NCBI GenBank assembly: GCA_030668875.1
Contig: DAOVER010000095.1
Span: 1 to 6,457 of the forward strand
Origin: Candidatus Heimdallarchaeota archaeon
Lineage (GTDB): Archaea > Asgardarchaeota > Heimdallarchaeia > Heimdallarchaeales > Heimdallarchaeaceae
Reading direction: 5' to 3'
Length of the DNA stretch: 6,457 nucleotides
Shown: piece by piece, positions 6,283-6,457 of the stretch
How the letters are laid out: each line of letters starts with the position of its first letter
Position numbering within the stretch: position 1 is the first letter of the stretch
Notes under the pieces: model-generated
Seen by the model: only the letters and a program-made list of their open reading frames with translations
Databases searched by the model: none
Told to the model about the DNA's origin: nothing
Made by a program: the position numbers and the translations under genes

Positions 6283-6360
6283 TTCTTTCTAAGTGAATCC
6301 TTACAGCGACGTTAATAAACCAAACCATTTGAAGAGCCAAGTTAATAATTTCAACGTGAT

Positions 6361-6376
6361 AAAAAAGAAAAAGAGT
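6361..6376 (-). terminator. Putative oligo-T terminator after the truncated upstream gene
   Basis: The minus strand reads TAA TCT ACTCTTTTTCTTTTTT directly after the stop at 6382-6380. Confidence 0.5.
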
Positions 6377-6379
6377 AGA

Positions 6380-6457
6380 TTAAATCTTCTGCTTTCTAGA
6401 TTTAATCAAAACAGGTATCAGAACCATTGATGTTAAAACAGCAAGAGGCATAAGTAT
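6380..6457 (-). CDS. 3' end of a protein with a C-terminal membrane anchor (5'-truncated by the window edge)
   Basis: The minus strand from 6457 reads ILMPLAVLTSMVLIPVLIKSRKQKI-stop: an 18-residue hydrophobic helix, then a basic tail, TAA and an oligo-T tract. Too short to appear in the ORF track. Confidence 0.65.
   Translation of the reverse strand: MLMPLAVLTSMVLIPVLIKSRKQKI

Noticed and set aside
1-6457. CRISPR arrays, IS/transposase, integrase, tRNA/rRNA, defence genes
   Set aside because: No regularly spaced nucleotide repeats, terminal inverted repeats or relevant motifs were seen; all spacers are under ~135 nt and explained by expression signals.

Overview
AT-rich (roughly one third GC by eye), gene-dense prokaryotic window with no rRNA, tRNA, CRISPR array or mobile element. 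Four + strand genes: a 5'-truncated DUF3160-family protein (<1..1887), a GNAT acetyltransferase with a long divergent C-terminal half (2019..2963), a COG1647/Est30-type alpha/beta-hydrolase with a ~110 aa N-terminal extension (3026..4117) and a 4-TM membrane protein built from a 56-aa internal duplication (4119..4589). They converge with zero gap on - strand genes: a mycoredoxin/NrdH-like domain fused to a thioredoxin reductase (5783..4590), a 2-TM protein with a C-terminal zinc ribbon (6282..5872) and the last 25 codons of a protein with a C-terminal membrane anchor (>6457..6380, absent from the ORF track). TATA-like boxes, oligo-T tracts after genes and a GGTGA ribosome-binding site suggest an archaeon, possibly Asgard/Heimdallarchaeia-like; this is inference from signal style, not a marker gene. 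I do not see a clear-cut new multi-gene system. The best leads are the redoxin-TrxR fusion with a CPVC active site and no HRR NADPH motif, and the esterase/4-TM pair, where both proteins carry internal repeats.
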